Part shown: piece after piece, positions 1 through 10,487 of the stretch
Layout of the letters: the number at the start of each line of letters is the position of its first letter
Position numbering within the stretch: the stretch's first letter is position 1
NCBI GenBank assembly: GCA_041640635.1
Contig: JBEPZX010000002.1
Location: 1-64,000, forward strand
Origin: Aquificaceae bacterium
GTDB lineage: Bacteria > Aquificota > Aquificia > Aquificales > Aquificaceae
DNA: 64,000 bases
Direction of reading: 5' to 3'
The notes under the pieces: generated by a model
The model's input: the letters and a program-made list of their open reading frames with translations, nothing else
Told to the model about the DNA's origin: nothing
The model's database searches: none
Program-made: the position numbers and the translations under genes

Positions 1-2
1 CC

Positions 3-323
3 AAATCTGTAGAGGACGCAGCAAGGACTTTAGGTGCGAATACTTGGACAGTTTTTAGGCGTGTTGTTTTCCCTCTTACCAAAGGTGGCTTTCTTGCGGG
101 GTGGGCTATAGTTTTTGTAGACTCAGTAAAAGAGTTACCAGCTACCATGTTACTTAGACCTTTGGGGTTTGATACTTTGGCGGTGAGAGTTTGGGTGGAA
201 GCTTCCGAGTCCCTATGGGAAGCGGCAGCGGTTCCAGCTCTTTTGATCGTTTTGTGCTGTCTTATACCGCTTGCCATAGTTGTCAAAAAAATGGGGGTGC
301 AAAGAGATGTTGAACTTACGTAA
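3..323 (+). CDS. Fe3+/thiamine-type ABC transporter permease, 3' part (truncated by window start)
   Basis: Frame from nt 3 reads KSVEDAARTLGANTWTVFRRVVFPL...KELPATMLLRPLGFDTLAV...VELT*: EAA loop motif and FbpB-like C-terminus, directly before an ABC ATPase. Confidence 0.8.
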   Translation, partial: KSVEDAARTLGANTWTVFRRVVFPLTKGGFLAGWAIVFVDSVKELPATMLLRPLGFDTLAVRVWVEASESLWEAAAVPALLIVLCCLIPLAIVVKKMGVQRDVELT

Positions 324-1389
324 ACAAGCTCAAATTGTTAACAACTCACACTATGAAGAACCTTTTATAGTGCTCAGTAACGTATCCAAAAGGTTTGGTA
401 AAAACCTTGCTATACAGGACTTAAACTTGGAGATAAAGAAAGGAGAATGGTTTTCTTTGCTGGGACCTTCCGGTTCGGGTAAAACAACGGTGTTAAGGTT
501 GATAGCAGGACTTGAAAAGCCTGACAGCGGTGAAATTATCATCGGAAATAAGGTAGTTTCTGGAAAGCAATGGGTACCACCGGAGAAGAGGAAAGTAGGT
601 TTGGTTTTCCAAGATTACGCCCTCTTTCCACACATGAGAGTTTACGAAAACGTAGCCTTTGGTTTGAGGGGACTTTCAAAGAGAGAAGTAAAGGACAAGG
701 TTATGGAACTTTTGGAACTTGTGGGACTTGCGGATGTATACAACAAATACCCTTACGAGCTTTCCGGTGGACAGCAACAGAGGGTAGCTTTGGCAAGAGC
801 TTTGGCAACTTCACCAGATGTAATGCTTTTGGATGAGCCTTTTTCCAATCTGGATGCAGATTTAAGAGCTGAGCTGAGAACAAAGACAAAGCAAATCTTA
901 AAGCAAAAAGGAATAACTACCATACTCGTGACACACGACCAAGAAGAAGCCTTTTCCCTTTCGGACAGAGTAGGTGTTTTGAACGCAGGAAAACTTGAGC
1001 AAGTAGGAACACCTGAGGAAATATACCACAGACCTAAAACACGCTTTGTTGCTGACTTCGTAGGCAAAGCATCCTTTGTAAAAGCAAAGGTGGAAGGGGA
1101 CTTAATAATTTCCAGCATAGGTATATTTAGACTCAATGACAAAGATATAAAATCCAAAGAAGTAGAGGTTATGATAAGACCTGACGATGTGGATTTTTCT
1201 CCTGACGAAAAGGGAGACGCCATAATAGAAGACCTGCAGTTTTTGGGACCGGAAGTTTTTTACCAAATAAGGTTTTTCGATGGGACTTTAATTTACAGCG
1301 TTAAGCCTTCCAAGACTATATACAGCGTAGGAACAAAGGTTAAGGTGAACGTGGACTTTAAAAATGTGGTGGTTTTTGAGATGGGATGA
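307..1389 (+). CDS. fbpC: ABC transporter ATP-binding subunit, FbpC/PotA family (likely Fe3+)
   Basis: Walker A GPSGSGKT, signature LSGGQQQR, Walker B LLDEP, C-terminal TOBE-like region; start taken at ATG 307. Confidence 0.75.
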   Translation: MLNLRKQAQIVNNSHYEEPFIVLSNVSKRFGKNLAIQDLNLEIKKGEWFSLLGPSGSGKTTVLRLIAGLEKPDSGEIIIGNKVVSGKQWVPPEKRKVGLVFQDYALFPHMRVYENVAFGLRGLSKREVKDKVMELLELVGLADVYNKYPYELSGGQQQRVALARALATSPDVMLLDEPFSNLDADLRAELRTKTKQILKQKGITTILVTHDQEEAFSLSDRVGVLNAGKLEQVGTPEEIYHRPKTRFVADFVGKASFVKAKVEGDLIISSIGIFRLNDKDIKSKEVEVMIRPDDVDFSPDEKGDAIIEDLQFLGPEVFYQIRFFDGTLIYSVKPSKTIYSVGTKVKVNVDFKNVVVFEMG

Positions 1390-1484
1390 CTCTAAACAAA
1401 AAGGAGAATTAAACTACTTCCTTAAATCCTGATCTGAGTTTTTCAGCTGTAGTAAACATTATGAAAGGTAAATAAGAAGCAGTT

Positions 1485-2927
1485 TTAACCCTTCAGCGTT
1501 CCCAAAGGCTTTAACCTTGCCACGAGTTTGGCAATACCCAGCTCGTGAACCACCCTTACAACTTCCGTTACATCCTTGTAAGCTTGCGGAATCTCTTCCA
1601 TTACCGTAGATTTACCCCTTGCAACTACCGTTATATCTTTTAGAACCTTTTCTAACCCTACGCTCCTTACGTATTCCTTTGCCTTGGTTCTGGACATAAC
1701 CCTTCCTGCTCCGTGGCATGCTGTGCCAAAGCTTTTCTTCATACTTTCTGGAGTGCCTACCAAAACAAAGGAATACCTACCAATATCACCAGGTATCAAA
1801 ACCGGCTGTCCTATGTTTCTGTAAGCAGGTGGTATATCTGGGCTATATGGTGGGAAAGCTCTTGTGGCACCTTTTCTGTGAACTAAAACCTTAATTTGTT
1901 TGCCGTTTACTTGGTGCGTTTCTATCTTGCCTATGTTGTGAGCCAAGTCGTATATTAGCCTGTAACCCAAGCTATCCCAAGACAAACCTAAGAACTTTCT
2001 CAATGTGTCGGCTGTCAAGAATCCCAAAATCTGTCTGTTGGCAAAGGCGTAATTTGCGGCGCAGTTCATAGCTTTAAAGTAAGCTTGTCCTTCGGGAGAC
2101 TTAAAAGGCATGCAAGCAAGTTGCATATCGGGGATTTCTATGTTGTACTTTTTCAGTGCAGACTTTGCCACTACCAAGTAATCCACACACACCTGGTGTC
2201 CAAAGCCTCTTGAACCAGAGTGAACCATTATGGTAACCTGCCCTAAGTGCAGTCCCAAAGCCTTTGCCACATCCTCATCGTAAATCTCGTCCACCTTTTG
2301 TATCTCCACAAAGTGGTTACCAGAACCTACAGTTCCCAGCTCATCCGATCCTCTCTCGTATGCAAAATCCGATACCTTCTCAGGATCAGCATTTTCCAGT
2401 CTTCCCATATTTTCTATGTGTTCTAAGTCCTCTTTAAAACCAAATCCCCTATCTATTGCCCAGCTTGCACCTTTGGTTACAACTTCTTTAAGTTCGCTTT
2501 TTGAGAGCTTTATCTTGCCACTGGAACCTACACCTGCAGGCACGTTTTTTAAAATCTCCTGCATCAATTCTTTTATACGACTTTCTATATCCTTAGAGCT
2601 TACATTGGTTGCAATAAGCCTTACACCGCAGTTTATGTCATAGCCAATGCTACCAGGGCTTATTATACCTTCTTCCAAATCCGTAGCCATTACACCACCT
2701 ACTGGGAAACCGTAACCTACATGCACATCCGGCATAACGTATATGGCACCCACAACACCTGGAAGCGTAGCGGCATTGGCAGCTTGTTTTATGGCGTCTT
2801 CTTCTAAAAGTTGGTAAAGGTCATCGCTCAAGTAAAAATAGACGGGGACTTTCTGTCCTTGAAGGCTGTTTTGGGGAAGCTCATAGATGTAGGGTGATTT
2901 TTTCACAAGCAGCTCCTTTAGTCCCAT
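1485..2927 (-). CDS. rtcB: RNA ligase RtcB
   Basis: Motifs MPDVHVGYGFPVG, GYDINCGVR, GSGNHFVE, HSGSRG, HRKGAT, CHGAGR. Confidence 0.95.
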   Translation of the reverse strand: MGLKELLVKKSPYIYELPQNSLQGQKVPVYFYLSDDLYQLLEEDAIKQAANAATLPGVVGAIYVMPDVHVGYGFPVGGVMATDLEEGIISPGSIGYDINCGVRLIATNVSSKDIESRIKELMQEILKNVPAGVGSSGKIKLSKSELKEVVTKGASWAIDRGFGFKEDLEHIENMGRLENADPEKVSDFAYERGSDELGTVGSGNHFVEIQKVDEIYDEDVAKALGLHLGQVTIMVHSGSRGFGHQVCVDYLVVAKSALKKYNIEIPDMQLACMPFKSPEGQAYFKAMNCAANYAFANRQILGFLTADTLRKFLGLSWDSLGYRLIYDLAHNIGKIETHQVNGKQIKVLVHRKGATRAFPPYSPDIPPAYRNIGQPVLIPGDIGRYSFVLVGTPESMKKSFGTACHGAGRVMSRTKAKEYVRSVGLEKVLKDITVVARGKSTVMEEIPQAYKDVTEVVRVVHELGIAKLVARLKPLGTLKG

Positions 2928-2944
2928 AACTTAAAATATACTTT
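2928..2944. promoter_or_regulatory. Putative bidirectional promoter with overlapping -10 boxes for two leaderless genes
   Basis: 17-bp gap AACTTAAAATATACTTT: TAAAAT (2932-2937) 7 nt before ATG 2945; minus-strand TATATT (2940-2935) 7 nt before rtcB ATG. Confidence 0.6.
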
Positions 2945-3517
2945 ATGCTAAACGAAAATGTCTTTATAGCTCTTCTCCACTATCCCGCTATGAACAAGGA
3001 AGGAAAACTAATCGTTACTTCTTTTACCACTATGGATCTTCATGATATAGCCCGTCCTGCGAGGACTTACGAGATAAACACGTATTACATCGTGCAACCT
3101 GTAGATGGTCAAAGGTTAATTATACAAAAGCAGATCGACTACTGGATGTCTCAAGAAGGACTAAACACCAACCCCACAAGACACGAAATAGTCAAACTCA
3201 TAAAACTTATGTACACCTTCGAGGAAGTTTTAGAGGACATTCAAAACCTTAGAGGAAGAAAGCCTGTGATTGTAGGAACGGATGCAAGAAAGTACCCAAA
3301 CACTGTAACTTACCGATGGCTATCAGAGGAAATTCACAAAAGAGAAAGAGACTTTCTCATAGTCTTTGGCACCGGTTACGGTATACCACCCGATTTGATG
3401 AACACCTTTGACTACATCCTAGAGCCCATATACGGAGCAAGCGATTGGAACCATCTTTCCGTTAGAAATGCAGCTGCTATAATACTTGATAGACTACTAA
3501 GCAGTAACAGGTGCTAA
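2945..3517 (+). CDS. SPOUT-class RNA methyltransferase (Methyltrn_RNA_4/TM1570-like)
   Basis: ALLHYP, DLHDIAR, FGTGYG and [16 protein letters not shown] motifs. Confidence 0.85.
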   Translation: MLNENVFIALLHYPAMNKEGKLIVTSFTTMDLHDIARPARTYEINTYYIVQPVDGQRLIIQKQIDYWMSQEGLNTNPTRHEIVKLIKLMYTFEEVLEDIQNLRGRKPVIVGTDARKYPNTVTYRWLSEEIHKRERDFLIVFGTGYGIPPDLMNTFDYILEPIYGASDWNHLSVRNAAAIILDRLLSSNRC

Positions 3518-3518
3518 G

Positions 3519-4598
3519 ATGCTATATCACTTGTCCCTCTTACTAAAAGACTACTTCTTTGCTTTTAACGTTTTCAAATACGTAACCTTTAGGTCCTTTA
3601 CGGCGATAATTTTAGCCTTCCTTTTGACTCTCCTTCTGACTCCTCTTTTTATGAGAAAGATGAAAGCCATTCAAAGGCTTTTTGGTGGGTATATAAGAGA
3701 GTACACGCCAGAAGGGCACCTGATAAAGAAGTACGTGCCTACGATGGGGGGATTTACTATAGTGACCTCTCTAATCATCACCGTGTTTTTACTTATGCGT
3801 CTGGATCTGGCTTACTTTTGGGTAATTTCCTTCTGCGTTATAGGTTTTGCTCTAATAGGTTTCTGGGACGATTATGTGAAGTTAAAGAACAAGAAAGGCA
3901 TATCTGCAAGGGCTAAGTTCACGGCTCAGGTAGTTGTGGCTTTTGTAACAGCTTTTGCTCTTTACCTTTTTACGGAACTGACTACGATACTTCACTTTCC
4001 ATTCTTTAAAAATCTCTATGTGGATCTTGGGTTTTTGTATATTCCCTTCGCTATGCTCGTTATCGTTGCTACAGCCAACGCTGTCAATTTAACCGATGGT
4101 TTGGATGGGCTTGCCATAGGACCTGTTATGACAACAGCTGCAACGCTTGGAGCTATAGCTTATGCCGTAGGTCACTACAAGATAGCTTCTTACTTAAACA
4201 TTCCCTACATACCTTACGCAGGTGATTTGACGGTCTTTTGTTTTGCCTTGGTTGGTGCCGGGCTTGGTTTTCTGTGGTTTAACGCTTACCCAGCGCAGCT
4301 CTTTATGGGGGATGTAGGTTCTATGGCTTTGGGTGCAGCTTTGGGAGTTATCGCTTTGGTTGCCAAATCGGAGCTTCTTTTACCGATAGCAGGCGGAGTG
4401 TTTGTTATAGAGACCCTTAGCGTGATCATCCAAGTTCTATACTTTAAAGCTACCAAAGGCAAAAGACTTTTCAAGATGGCTCCCTTTCACCACCACCTGG
4501 AGCTTTCAGGTGTAGCGGAACCTAAAATCGTTGTGAGAATGTGGATAATATCCTTTTTGCTTGGTATTATAGCCTTATCCACACTGAAGCTGAGGTAA
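3519..4598 (+). CDS. mraY: Phospho-N-acetylmuramoyl-pentapeptide transferase
   Basis: [37 protein letters not shown]; multi-TM. Confidence 0.97.
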   Translation: MLYHLSLLLKDYFFAFNVFKYVTFRSFTAIILAFLLTLLLTPLFMRKMKAIQRLFGGYIREYTPEGHLIKKYVPTMGGFTIVTSLIITVFLLMRLDLAYFWVISFCVIGFALIGFWDDYVKLKNKKGISARAKFTAQVVVAFVTAFALYLFTELTTILHFPFFKNLYVDLGFLYIPFAMLVIVATANAVNLTDGLDGLAIGPVMTTAATLGAIAYAVGHYKIASYLNIPYIPYAGDLTVFCFALVGAGLGFLWFNAYPAQLFMGDVGSMALGAALGVIALVAKSELLLPIAGGVFVIETLSVIIQVLYFKATKGKRLFKMAPFHHHLELSGVAEPKIVVRMWIISFLLGIIALSTLKLR

Positions 4599-4604
4599 GA
4601 GGTT

Positions 4605-4677
4605 TTTATAAGTTTTCCTTATACCCTACTTAAACATATCTTATTGACAATAAATGAATGAACGTTTATTATTTTAA
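4605..4677 (+). promoter_or_regulatory. Sigma70 promoter of hypC; copy 1 of a 73-bp duplicated element
   Basis: TTGACA 4644-4649, 17-bp spacer, TATTAT 4667-4672; imperfect palindrome AATAAATG-N6-CGTTTATT; 68/73 identical to 6727-6799. Confidence 0.85.
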
Positions 4678-4679
4678 TT

Positions 4680-4931
4680 ATGTGCTGGGCTATACCTTCG
4701 GAAGTTATACAAATTCTAGAAGGAAATAAAGCTGTCGTAGATACCCTAGGAACAAAACGTGTAGTATCCTTGGACCTAATTCAAGAAGATGTTAATGTAG
4801 GAGACTACCTTTTAATCCACGTAGGTTTTGCTATAGCTAAGTTGGATCAAAACTACGCCTTAGAGTCTCTAAAACTGCTTGAAGAAATAATACAAAAGGA
4901 GGAAGAAAATGAAATCGGTAACGTTGTTTAA
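4680..4931 (+). CDS. hypC: Hydrogenase maturation chaperone HypC
   Basis: N-terminal MCWAIP, VGDYLLIHVGFAI. Confidence 0.95.
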   Translation: MCWAIPSEVIQILEGNKAVVDTLGTKRVVSLDLIQEDVNVGDYLLIHVGFAIAKLDQNYALESLKLLEEIIQKEEENEIGNVV

Positions 4932-6087
4932 TGTGTTCAGGGATGTTAAATTAGTTAACACATTGGCTAACGAAATAAAAAATCAAGTAAACACTTTAAG
5001 GGAAAAACCTGTGCGTATAATGGAATTTTGTGGTGGGCATACGCATGTGATTGTAAAAAACGGTATTGATCAACTTTTGGAGGGGTACGTTAGCTTTGTG
5101 CATGGTCCAGGGTGTCCCATATGCGTCTTAGCGCAAAGGAGAGTTGATCTTGCCATAGAGCTTGCTAAAAAAGGTGTTACCTTATGCGTTTACGGTGATA
5201 TGTTGAGGGTTCCAGGATCTAAAAGACAAAGCTTAATAGATGTAAAAGCTCAAGGCTTTGATGTTAGGATGGTATACTCCTGCCTTGATGTTATAGATAT
5301 TGCCTTACAAAATCCGAGCAAAAAAGTTGTATTCTTTGCCATAGGTTTTGAGACAACAACCCCCCATACAGCGTATTTAATATTGAAAGCCAGGCAGATG
5401 AACATAAAGAATCTTTACGTAGTTTGCAACCATGTTAAGACACCACCAGTCATAGAGTATATACTGGGGCAAGGTAGAGCGAAAGTGGATGCCATTATAG
5501 GACCTGGACACGTTAGCACGGTAATAGGCACAAGGTCGTATGAGTATCTTGTGGAGAGATTTAAAAAGCCCATAGTTATATCGGGATTTGAGCCTGTGGA
5601 TGTTTTAAGAGCCACATTAGCTATAGTTAATCAGATAAGGAGAGGGGAGTGCAGAGTTGAAAATACGTACGAAAGGGCTGTAACTTTGGAGGGTAATACC
5701 AAAGCTCAATCTCTTATAGAGGAAGTATTTAAGGACAGGGAGGTTTTCGAGTTTAGAGGGTTAGGGGAGGTTCCTAAGTCAGCTTTTGAGATAAGGGAAG
5801 AATATAGGGAGTATGATGGTGAGAGGGTGTTTGATATTGAGCTACCTTTTCAAAGGGAGATAAAAGGTTGCATATGTGGGGATATTTTGAGTGGACTTAA
5901 ATCACCTTTGGATTGTAAGTTGTTTGGGGATCCTTGCACTCCTAAGAACCCTATAGGTTCCTGCATGGTATCTTCGGAAGGTGCCTGTAATGCGTATTAC
6001 AGATACAAGAATTTTGGTGATATCTTACTTACAAGGCACAAAAGTTCAAAAACCCTATCCAAGGATGCAGAATCGCTTTCATCGTAA
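4909..6087 (+). CDS. hypD: Hydrogenase maturation protein HypD
   Basis: MEFCGGH, GPGCPIC, GFETT, PGHVS, CICG...C...C...GSCMVSSEGAC; extra C-terminal tail runs into the gltB remnant. Confidence 0.95.
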   Translation: MKSVTLFNVFRDVKLVNTLANEIKNQVNTLREKPVRIMEFCGGHTHVIVKNGIDQLLEGYVSFVHGPGCPICVLAQRRVDLAIELAKKGVTLCVYGDMLRVPGSKRQSLIDVKAQGFDVRMVYSCLDVIDIALQNPSKKVVFFAIGFETTTPHTAYLILKARQMNIKNLYVVCNHVKTPPVIEYILGQGRAKVDAIIGPGHVSTVIGTRSYEYLVERFKKPIVISGFEPVDVLRATLAIVNQIRRGECRVENTYERAVTLEGNTKAQSLIEEVFKDREVFEFRGLGEVPKSAFEIREEYREYDGERVFDIELPFQREIKGCICGDILSGLKSPLDCKLFGDPCTPKNPIGSCMVSSEGACNAYYRYKNFGDILLTRHKSSKTLSKDAESLSS

Positions 6088-6720
6088 CTCACCAAGGGTT
6101 TGATTAGGTTAATCTTGTCTCCTAAAGCCTCGTGTTCAAGCTCATGGGAAAGAACCATCATCCAATTTCTATTACCCAATATGGATGGTATTTATTTCAC
6201 CATCGTGTGCCAAATAACTAAAAGGTTGTGCCAACTTCCAATTGGGCAAGGTATTTGTAGAGTACCTCTGATGAAAGAAGACTCTATCCTTTCATCTAAC
6301 AGCTCTGGATAAAAAACATCTAGCTGAGGAGCAACAAACATACCTTTGTAAACCATTGTACGTGTAGACAAAGATGCTATATACACTTTGTCTTTTAGCT
6401 TTTTATCAGTTTCTATAAAGCGCCTTAGAAAGTATAATTCTATCTCTATTCTTTTTTGCTCCACCTTTTCACAATCCAACAGAAGGTGAAAGATTTTGGC
6501 ATAACCTTTAGCGCTGACTCTCCTGCCGTACTTTTGTTTATCGGAACTTCTCGCCATGCTACAAACTTAAAGACGGCTAAATTTTCTATGCTGGATGTAT
6601 CTAAAAGTTCCTTGTTTGAATAATCTTGTTTGTATGAGAATTAACGCTCCATTGCCCGTTTTACCATCACCTACGGCGCCTCTTTGGGTTAAGTTTTTAA
6701 CGGTGGATATCCCTTTACTA
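6025..6720 (-). pseudogene. gltB: Decayed fragment of glutamate synthase large subunit (GATase domain)
   Basis: Minus-strand pieces in shifting frames: [83 protein letters not shown]. Several frameshifts, no 5' start and no rest of gene. Confidence 0.85.
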
Positions 6721-6726
6721 TTTAGC

Positions 6727-6799
6727 TTTATAAGCTTTTCTTATACCCTACTTAAACAAATCTTATTGACAATGAATGAATGAACATTTATTATTTTAA
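6727..6799 (+). promoter_or_regulatory. Sigma70 promoter of hydrogenase structural operon; copy 2 of the 73-bp element
   Basis: TTGACA 6766-6771, 17-bp spacer, TATTAT 6789-6794; palindrome AATGAATG-N6-CATTTATT; followed by SD AAGGAGG before ATG 6827. Confidence 0.85.
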
Positions 6800-6826
6800 C
6801 GATAAAACTTCAAAAGGAGGTTTAGT

Positions 6827-7897
6827 ATGGAGACCTTTTGGGAGGCGATGAAACGCCACGGGGTGAACAGAAGGGACTTTATTAAGTTTTCCACTTATAT
6901 AACGGGACTTTTGGGACTTTCTCCTGCAATGATACCTCAGGTTGTGAAAGCCTTGGAAAGTAAGCCGCGCATACCTGTATTATGGATACACGGTCTTGAG
7001 TGTACATGCTGTAGTGAATCCTTTATCAGATCAGCGACACCTTTAGCTTCAGATGTTCTTTTGACCATGATATCCTTGGAATACGATGACACTCTCTCTG
7101 CTGCTGCTGGTAAAGATTTAGAAGAACACAGAAAAAAAGTAATAAAGGAGTATCACGGTAACTACGTACTTGCGGTTGAAGGTAATCCACCACTTGGAGA
7201 AGACGGTATGTTCTGCGTGGTTGGTGGAGAACCGTTCCTAAAGAGTCTCATAGAATCAGCGGAAGGGGCAAAGGCAGTGATAGCATGGGGTTCATGTGCC
7301 TCTTGGGGATGCGTTCAAGCAGCAAAACCCAATCCAACCACAGCCGTTCCTATAGACAAGGTTATAAAAGGTAAACCCATAATAAAGGTGCCTGGCTGTC
7401 CACCTATAGCGGAAGTTATGACGGGCGTAATAATGCATATAGCACTGTTTGATCAAATACCACCGCTGGATTCTCAAGGAAGACCAAAGCAGTTTTATGG
7501 GAATAGAATTCACGACACTTGCTACAGAAGAGCCTTTTTCAACGCTGGTCAGTTTGTAGAACGCTTTGATGACGAAGGTGCAAAGAAGGGATGGTGTTTG
7601 TATAAGGTAGGTTGTAGGGGTCCTACAACCTATAACTCATGCGGAAACATACGTTGGTACAACGGTCTTTCTTATCCAATACAAGCAGGACACGGATGCA
7701 TAGGATGTTCAGAAGAAAACTTCTGGGACAACGGTCCATTCTATAAGAGACTCACCAACATACCTGTTCCTAACGTAGAGAGAAACGCTGACAAGGTTGG
7801 TATGGTAGCTGCAGCGGCTGCTGCAGGTGGTGCGCTGTTGCATGGTGTACTTTCCAAGGTTAGATCTAAAAAAGATCAAGGAGGTGACCAACAATGA
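6827..7897 (+). CDS. hyaA: [NiFe]-hydrogenase small subunit, membrane-bound O2-tolerant type
   Basis: Tat motif [14 protein letters not shown] and GSCASWGC (extra proximal-cluster Cys), PGCPP, HDTC...C...CRGP distal/medial ligands, C-terminal anchor. Confidence 0.95.
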   Translation: METFWEAMKRHGVNRRDFIKFSTYITGLLGLSPAMIPQVVKALESKPRIPVLWIHGLECTCCSESFIRSATPLASDVLLTMISLEYDDTLSAAAGKDLEEHRKKVIKEYHGNYVLAVEGNPPLGEDGMFCVVGGEPFLKSLIESAEGAKAVIAWGSCASWGCVQAAKPNPTTAVPIDKVIKGKPIIKVPGCPPIAEVMTGVIMHIALFDQIPPLDSQGRPKQFYGNRIHDTCYRRAFFNAGQFVERFDDEGAKKGWCLYKVGCRGPTTYNSCGNIRWYNGLSYPIQAGHGCIGCSEENFWDNGPFYKRLTNIPVPNVERNADKVGMVAAAAAAGGALLHGVLSKVRSKKDQGGDQQ

Positions 7898-9807
7898 AGA
7901 GGGTAGTAATTGACCCTGTAACAAGGATTGAGGGACATTTAAGGATCGAATTGGTTGTTGACGAAAAAACAGGAAAGGTACGGGATGCCTTATCCGTTGG
8001 AACTATGTGGAGAGGAATCGAAGTGATACTTAAAGGTAGAGATCCAAGAGATGCTTGGGCTTTTGCTCAAAGAATATGCGGTGTTTGTACATCTATACAC
8101 GCATTAGCTTCGGTGCGGTGTATAGAGGATGCCTTGGATATACAGATACCAAAGAACGCAAACTATATACGTAATATAATGTATGGATCTTTACAAGTAC
8201 ACGATCACTTGGTACACTTTTACCATCTTCACGCATTGGATTGGGTGTCTCCAGTAGAAGCCCTGAAAGCGGACCCAGTTCAAACTGCGATACTTCAGAA
8301 CCAGCTCTTGGAAAAATACGGAGCTATAGCAGATCTTATGCCGGATCCTATAGGCAGGAGAGCTTATCCCAAAAAGTTTCCAAAAGCGACACCCGGTTAC
8401 TTTAGAGCTTTTCAGGAAAAGATTAGAAAGATCGTAGAAAGCGGACAATTGGGCATATTTGCAGCCCATTGGTGGGACCATCCCGATTACAAGCTGCTTC
8501 CCCCAGAGGCACACCTTATGGCTGTAGCCCACTACCTTAACACTCTTGACATCCAAAGGGAGTTTTTTATACCTCAAGTTGTTTTTGGAGGTAAAAATCC
8601 GCATCCCCATTACATAGTAGGTGGCATGACGTGCAGCATATCCCTGGATGATATGAATGCTCCTGTAAACGCCGAGCGTTTAGCGGTTGTAGAGGACGCA
8701 ATATATACGCAAGTGGAGGCGGTAAACCTCTTTTACCTAATAGACCTGTTGGCTATAGGTCATATATACGTACAGAAGGGTCAAACTTACGGAGGAGGTC
8801 TATCCAAAACCAGAGTTTTGGGTTACGGTGAGTTCCCCGATGAACCTTATAGGAGTATAAAAGGTGGAGATTATCACAACAAGATCCTTTACCATAGTAA
8901 TGGCGTAGTGGAGAACTTTTCTGAAGGTGTAGAGAAAGCCAAGTATTATCCCATGGTTGGAAAGGATTTCGCGGATCCTGAAGTTATTCAAGAGTACGTT
9001 ATTCATTCATGGTACAGATATCCCGATGAAAGCAAAGGTTTGCATCCTTGGGATGGTATAACCGAACCACACTATACTGGACCTAAGGAAGGTACAAAGA
9101 CTCAATGGAAGTACTTGGATGAAAGCGGAAAGTACAGCTGGATAAAATCTCCAAGGTGGAGAGGGAAACCTTGCGAGGTTGGACCTCTTGCAAGGTACAT
9201 AGTAACTTACACAGCGGTCAAACAAGGTCACGTAAAACCCAGTTGGATGGATGAGATGATAGTAAGACAGATAGATACGGTGTCTAATATACTTGGTTTA
9301 CCACCTCATGTGTGGTTACCAACTACCGTGGGCAGAACCGCAGCTAGGGGCTTGGAAGCTCAGGTAGGTGCTGCGGCAAATCTCTACTTCCTTAAAAAGC
9401 TCTACGACAACATAAAATCAGGTGACACTAGTGTTGCCAATGTGGAAAAGTTCGATCCTTCCACATGGTCAAAAGAAGCCAAAGGCGTAGGCATCACGGA
9501 AGCACCACGGGGAGCCTTAGGGCATTGGTGCATCATAAAGGATGGCAAAATAGAAAACTACCAATGCGTAGTTCCCACAACGTGGAATGGTTCACCGAGG
9601 GATGTAAATGGTAATCAAGGTGCCTTTGAAGAAGCTATGAAGGACACTCCTCTAAAGGTGGTAGACAAGCCTTTAGAAACCTTAAAGAGTATCCGCTCCT
9701 TTGATCCATGTTTGGCATGTTCTACGCACATTTATAACAAAGAAGGAAAGGAGATCCTTTCCATAAAGGTCCAAGGTGCCGAGATATTTGGAGGGTGTGA
9801 GCTATGA
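7894..9807 (+). CDS. hyaB: [NiFe]-hydrogenase large subunit, group 1
   Basis: [15 protein letters not shown] (L1), DPCLACSTH (L2) plus cleavable tail. Confidence 0.97.
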   Translation: MKRVVIDPVTRIEGHLRIELVVDEKTGKVRDALSVGTMWRGIEVILKGRDPRDAWAFAQRICGVCTSIHALASVRCIEDALDIQIPKNANYIRNIMYGSLQVHDHLVHFYHLHALDWVSPVEALKADPVQTAILQNQLLEKYGAIADLMPDPIGRRAYPKKFPKATPGYFRAFQEKIRKIVESGQLGIFAAHWWDHPDYKLLPPEAHLMAVAHYLNTLDIQREFFIPQVVFGGKNPHPHYIVGGMTCSISLDDMNAPVNAERLAVVEDAIYTQVEAVNLFYLIDLLAIGHIYVQKGQTYGGGLSKTRVLGYGEFPDEPYRSIKGGDYHNKILYHSNGVVENFSEGVEKAKYYPMVGKDFADPEVIQEYVIHSWYRYPDESKGLHPWDGITEPHYTGPKEGTKTQWKYLDESGKYSWIKSPRWRGKPCEVGPLARYIVTYTAVKQGHVKPSWMDEMIVRQIDTVSNILGLPPHVWLPTTVGRTAARGLEAQVGAAANLYFLKKLYDNIKSGDTSVANVEKFDPSTWSKEAKGVGITEAPRGALGHWCIIKDGKIENYQCVVPTTWNGSPRDVNGNQGAFEEAMKDTPLKVVDKPLETLKSIRSFDPCLACSTHIYNKEGKEILSIKVQGAEIFGGCEL

Positions 9808-10487
9808 AAGTTTACGTGTTTAGTCCAACATTGAGAGTTTTACATTGGATAAACGCTCTTTCTATCACGCTGCTTTTCTTCACAGGCATATACATTGGTA
9901 ATCCATTCTTCATCGGCTCAGTAGGTCACGAAGCTACCTACGCTTACGCTAACAGCCTAACCATGGACTTTATACGTATGCTACACTTTATGGCGGGCTA
10001 TGTACTGCTTTTCTCCTTCCTTCTCAGAATCTTTATAGCCTTTTTCCACAAAGGTGATAGACTTATAATACCAAAGGTATGGGATAAAAACTTTTGGACA
10101 GGTGTAAAGGAGATGCTGCTTTACTACTTGTTCATAAAGCCCTCTCACAGACCTTACGTTAGGAACCACCTTGCCAGGACCGCTTACTTTATCGTATATG
10201 TGTTGGTATGCTTTATGATAACTACAGGTTTTGCTATGTATGGCAAATCCGATCCCGATGGCTTTAGTGCAAAACTCTTTGGGTGGATCATACCCATGCT
10301 CGGTGGTGAGTTTAACGTTCATATGTGGCATCACTGGATCGCCTGGTTAATTGTCCTCTTTGTAATAATTCATGTATACTTGGTCGTAAAAACGGACGTT
10401 TCCGAAAAAAGCGGTGAAGTTTCATCCATGTTCAACGGTGTAAAAAGCTTTGAAAAAGAACCCGTAGATATGGGAGATTTGAGTTGA
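9804..10487 (+). CDS. hyaC: Ni/Fe-hydrogenase b-type cytochrome subunit
   Basis: RVLHWINA, RMLHF, HMWHH, IIHVY heme ligands; four TM segments; operon position. Confidence 0.93.
   Translation: MKVYVFSPTLRVLHWINALSITLLFFTGIYIGNPFFIGSVGHEATYAYANSLTMDFIRMLHFMAGYVLLFSFLLRIFIAFFHKGDRLIIPKVWDKNFWTGVKEMLLYYLFIKPSHRPYVRNHLARTAYFIVYVLVCFMITTGFAMYGKSDPDGFSAKLFGWIIPMLGGEFNVHMWHHWIAWLIVLFVIIHVYLVVKTDVSEKSGEVSSMFNGVKSFEKEPVDMGDLS

Noticed and set aside
5600..5900. G-rich stretch in hypD resembling the nuoL skew
   Set aside because: No second copy in the window, no C-rich counterpart, and Glu/Arg/Gly codons can explain it
6192..6557. 121-aa minus-strand ORF, and the 60-aa ORF at 5997-6179, as intact genes
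   Set aside because: They are frame pieces of the gltB pseudogene
6595..6783. 62-aa plus-strand ORF before hyaA
   Set aside because: Antisense to the gltB remnant and overlaps the promoter
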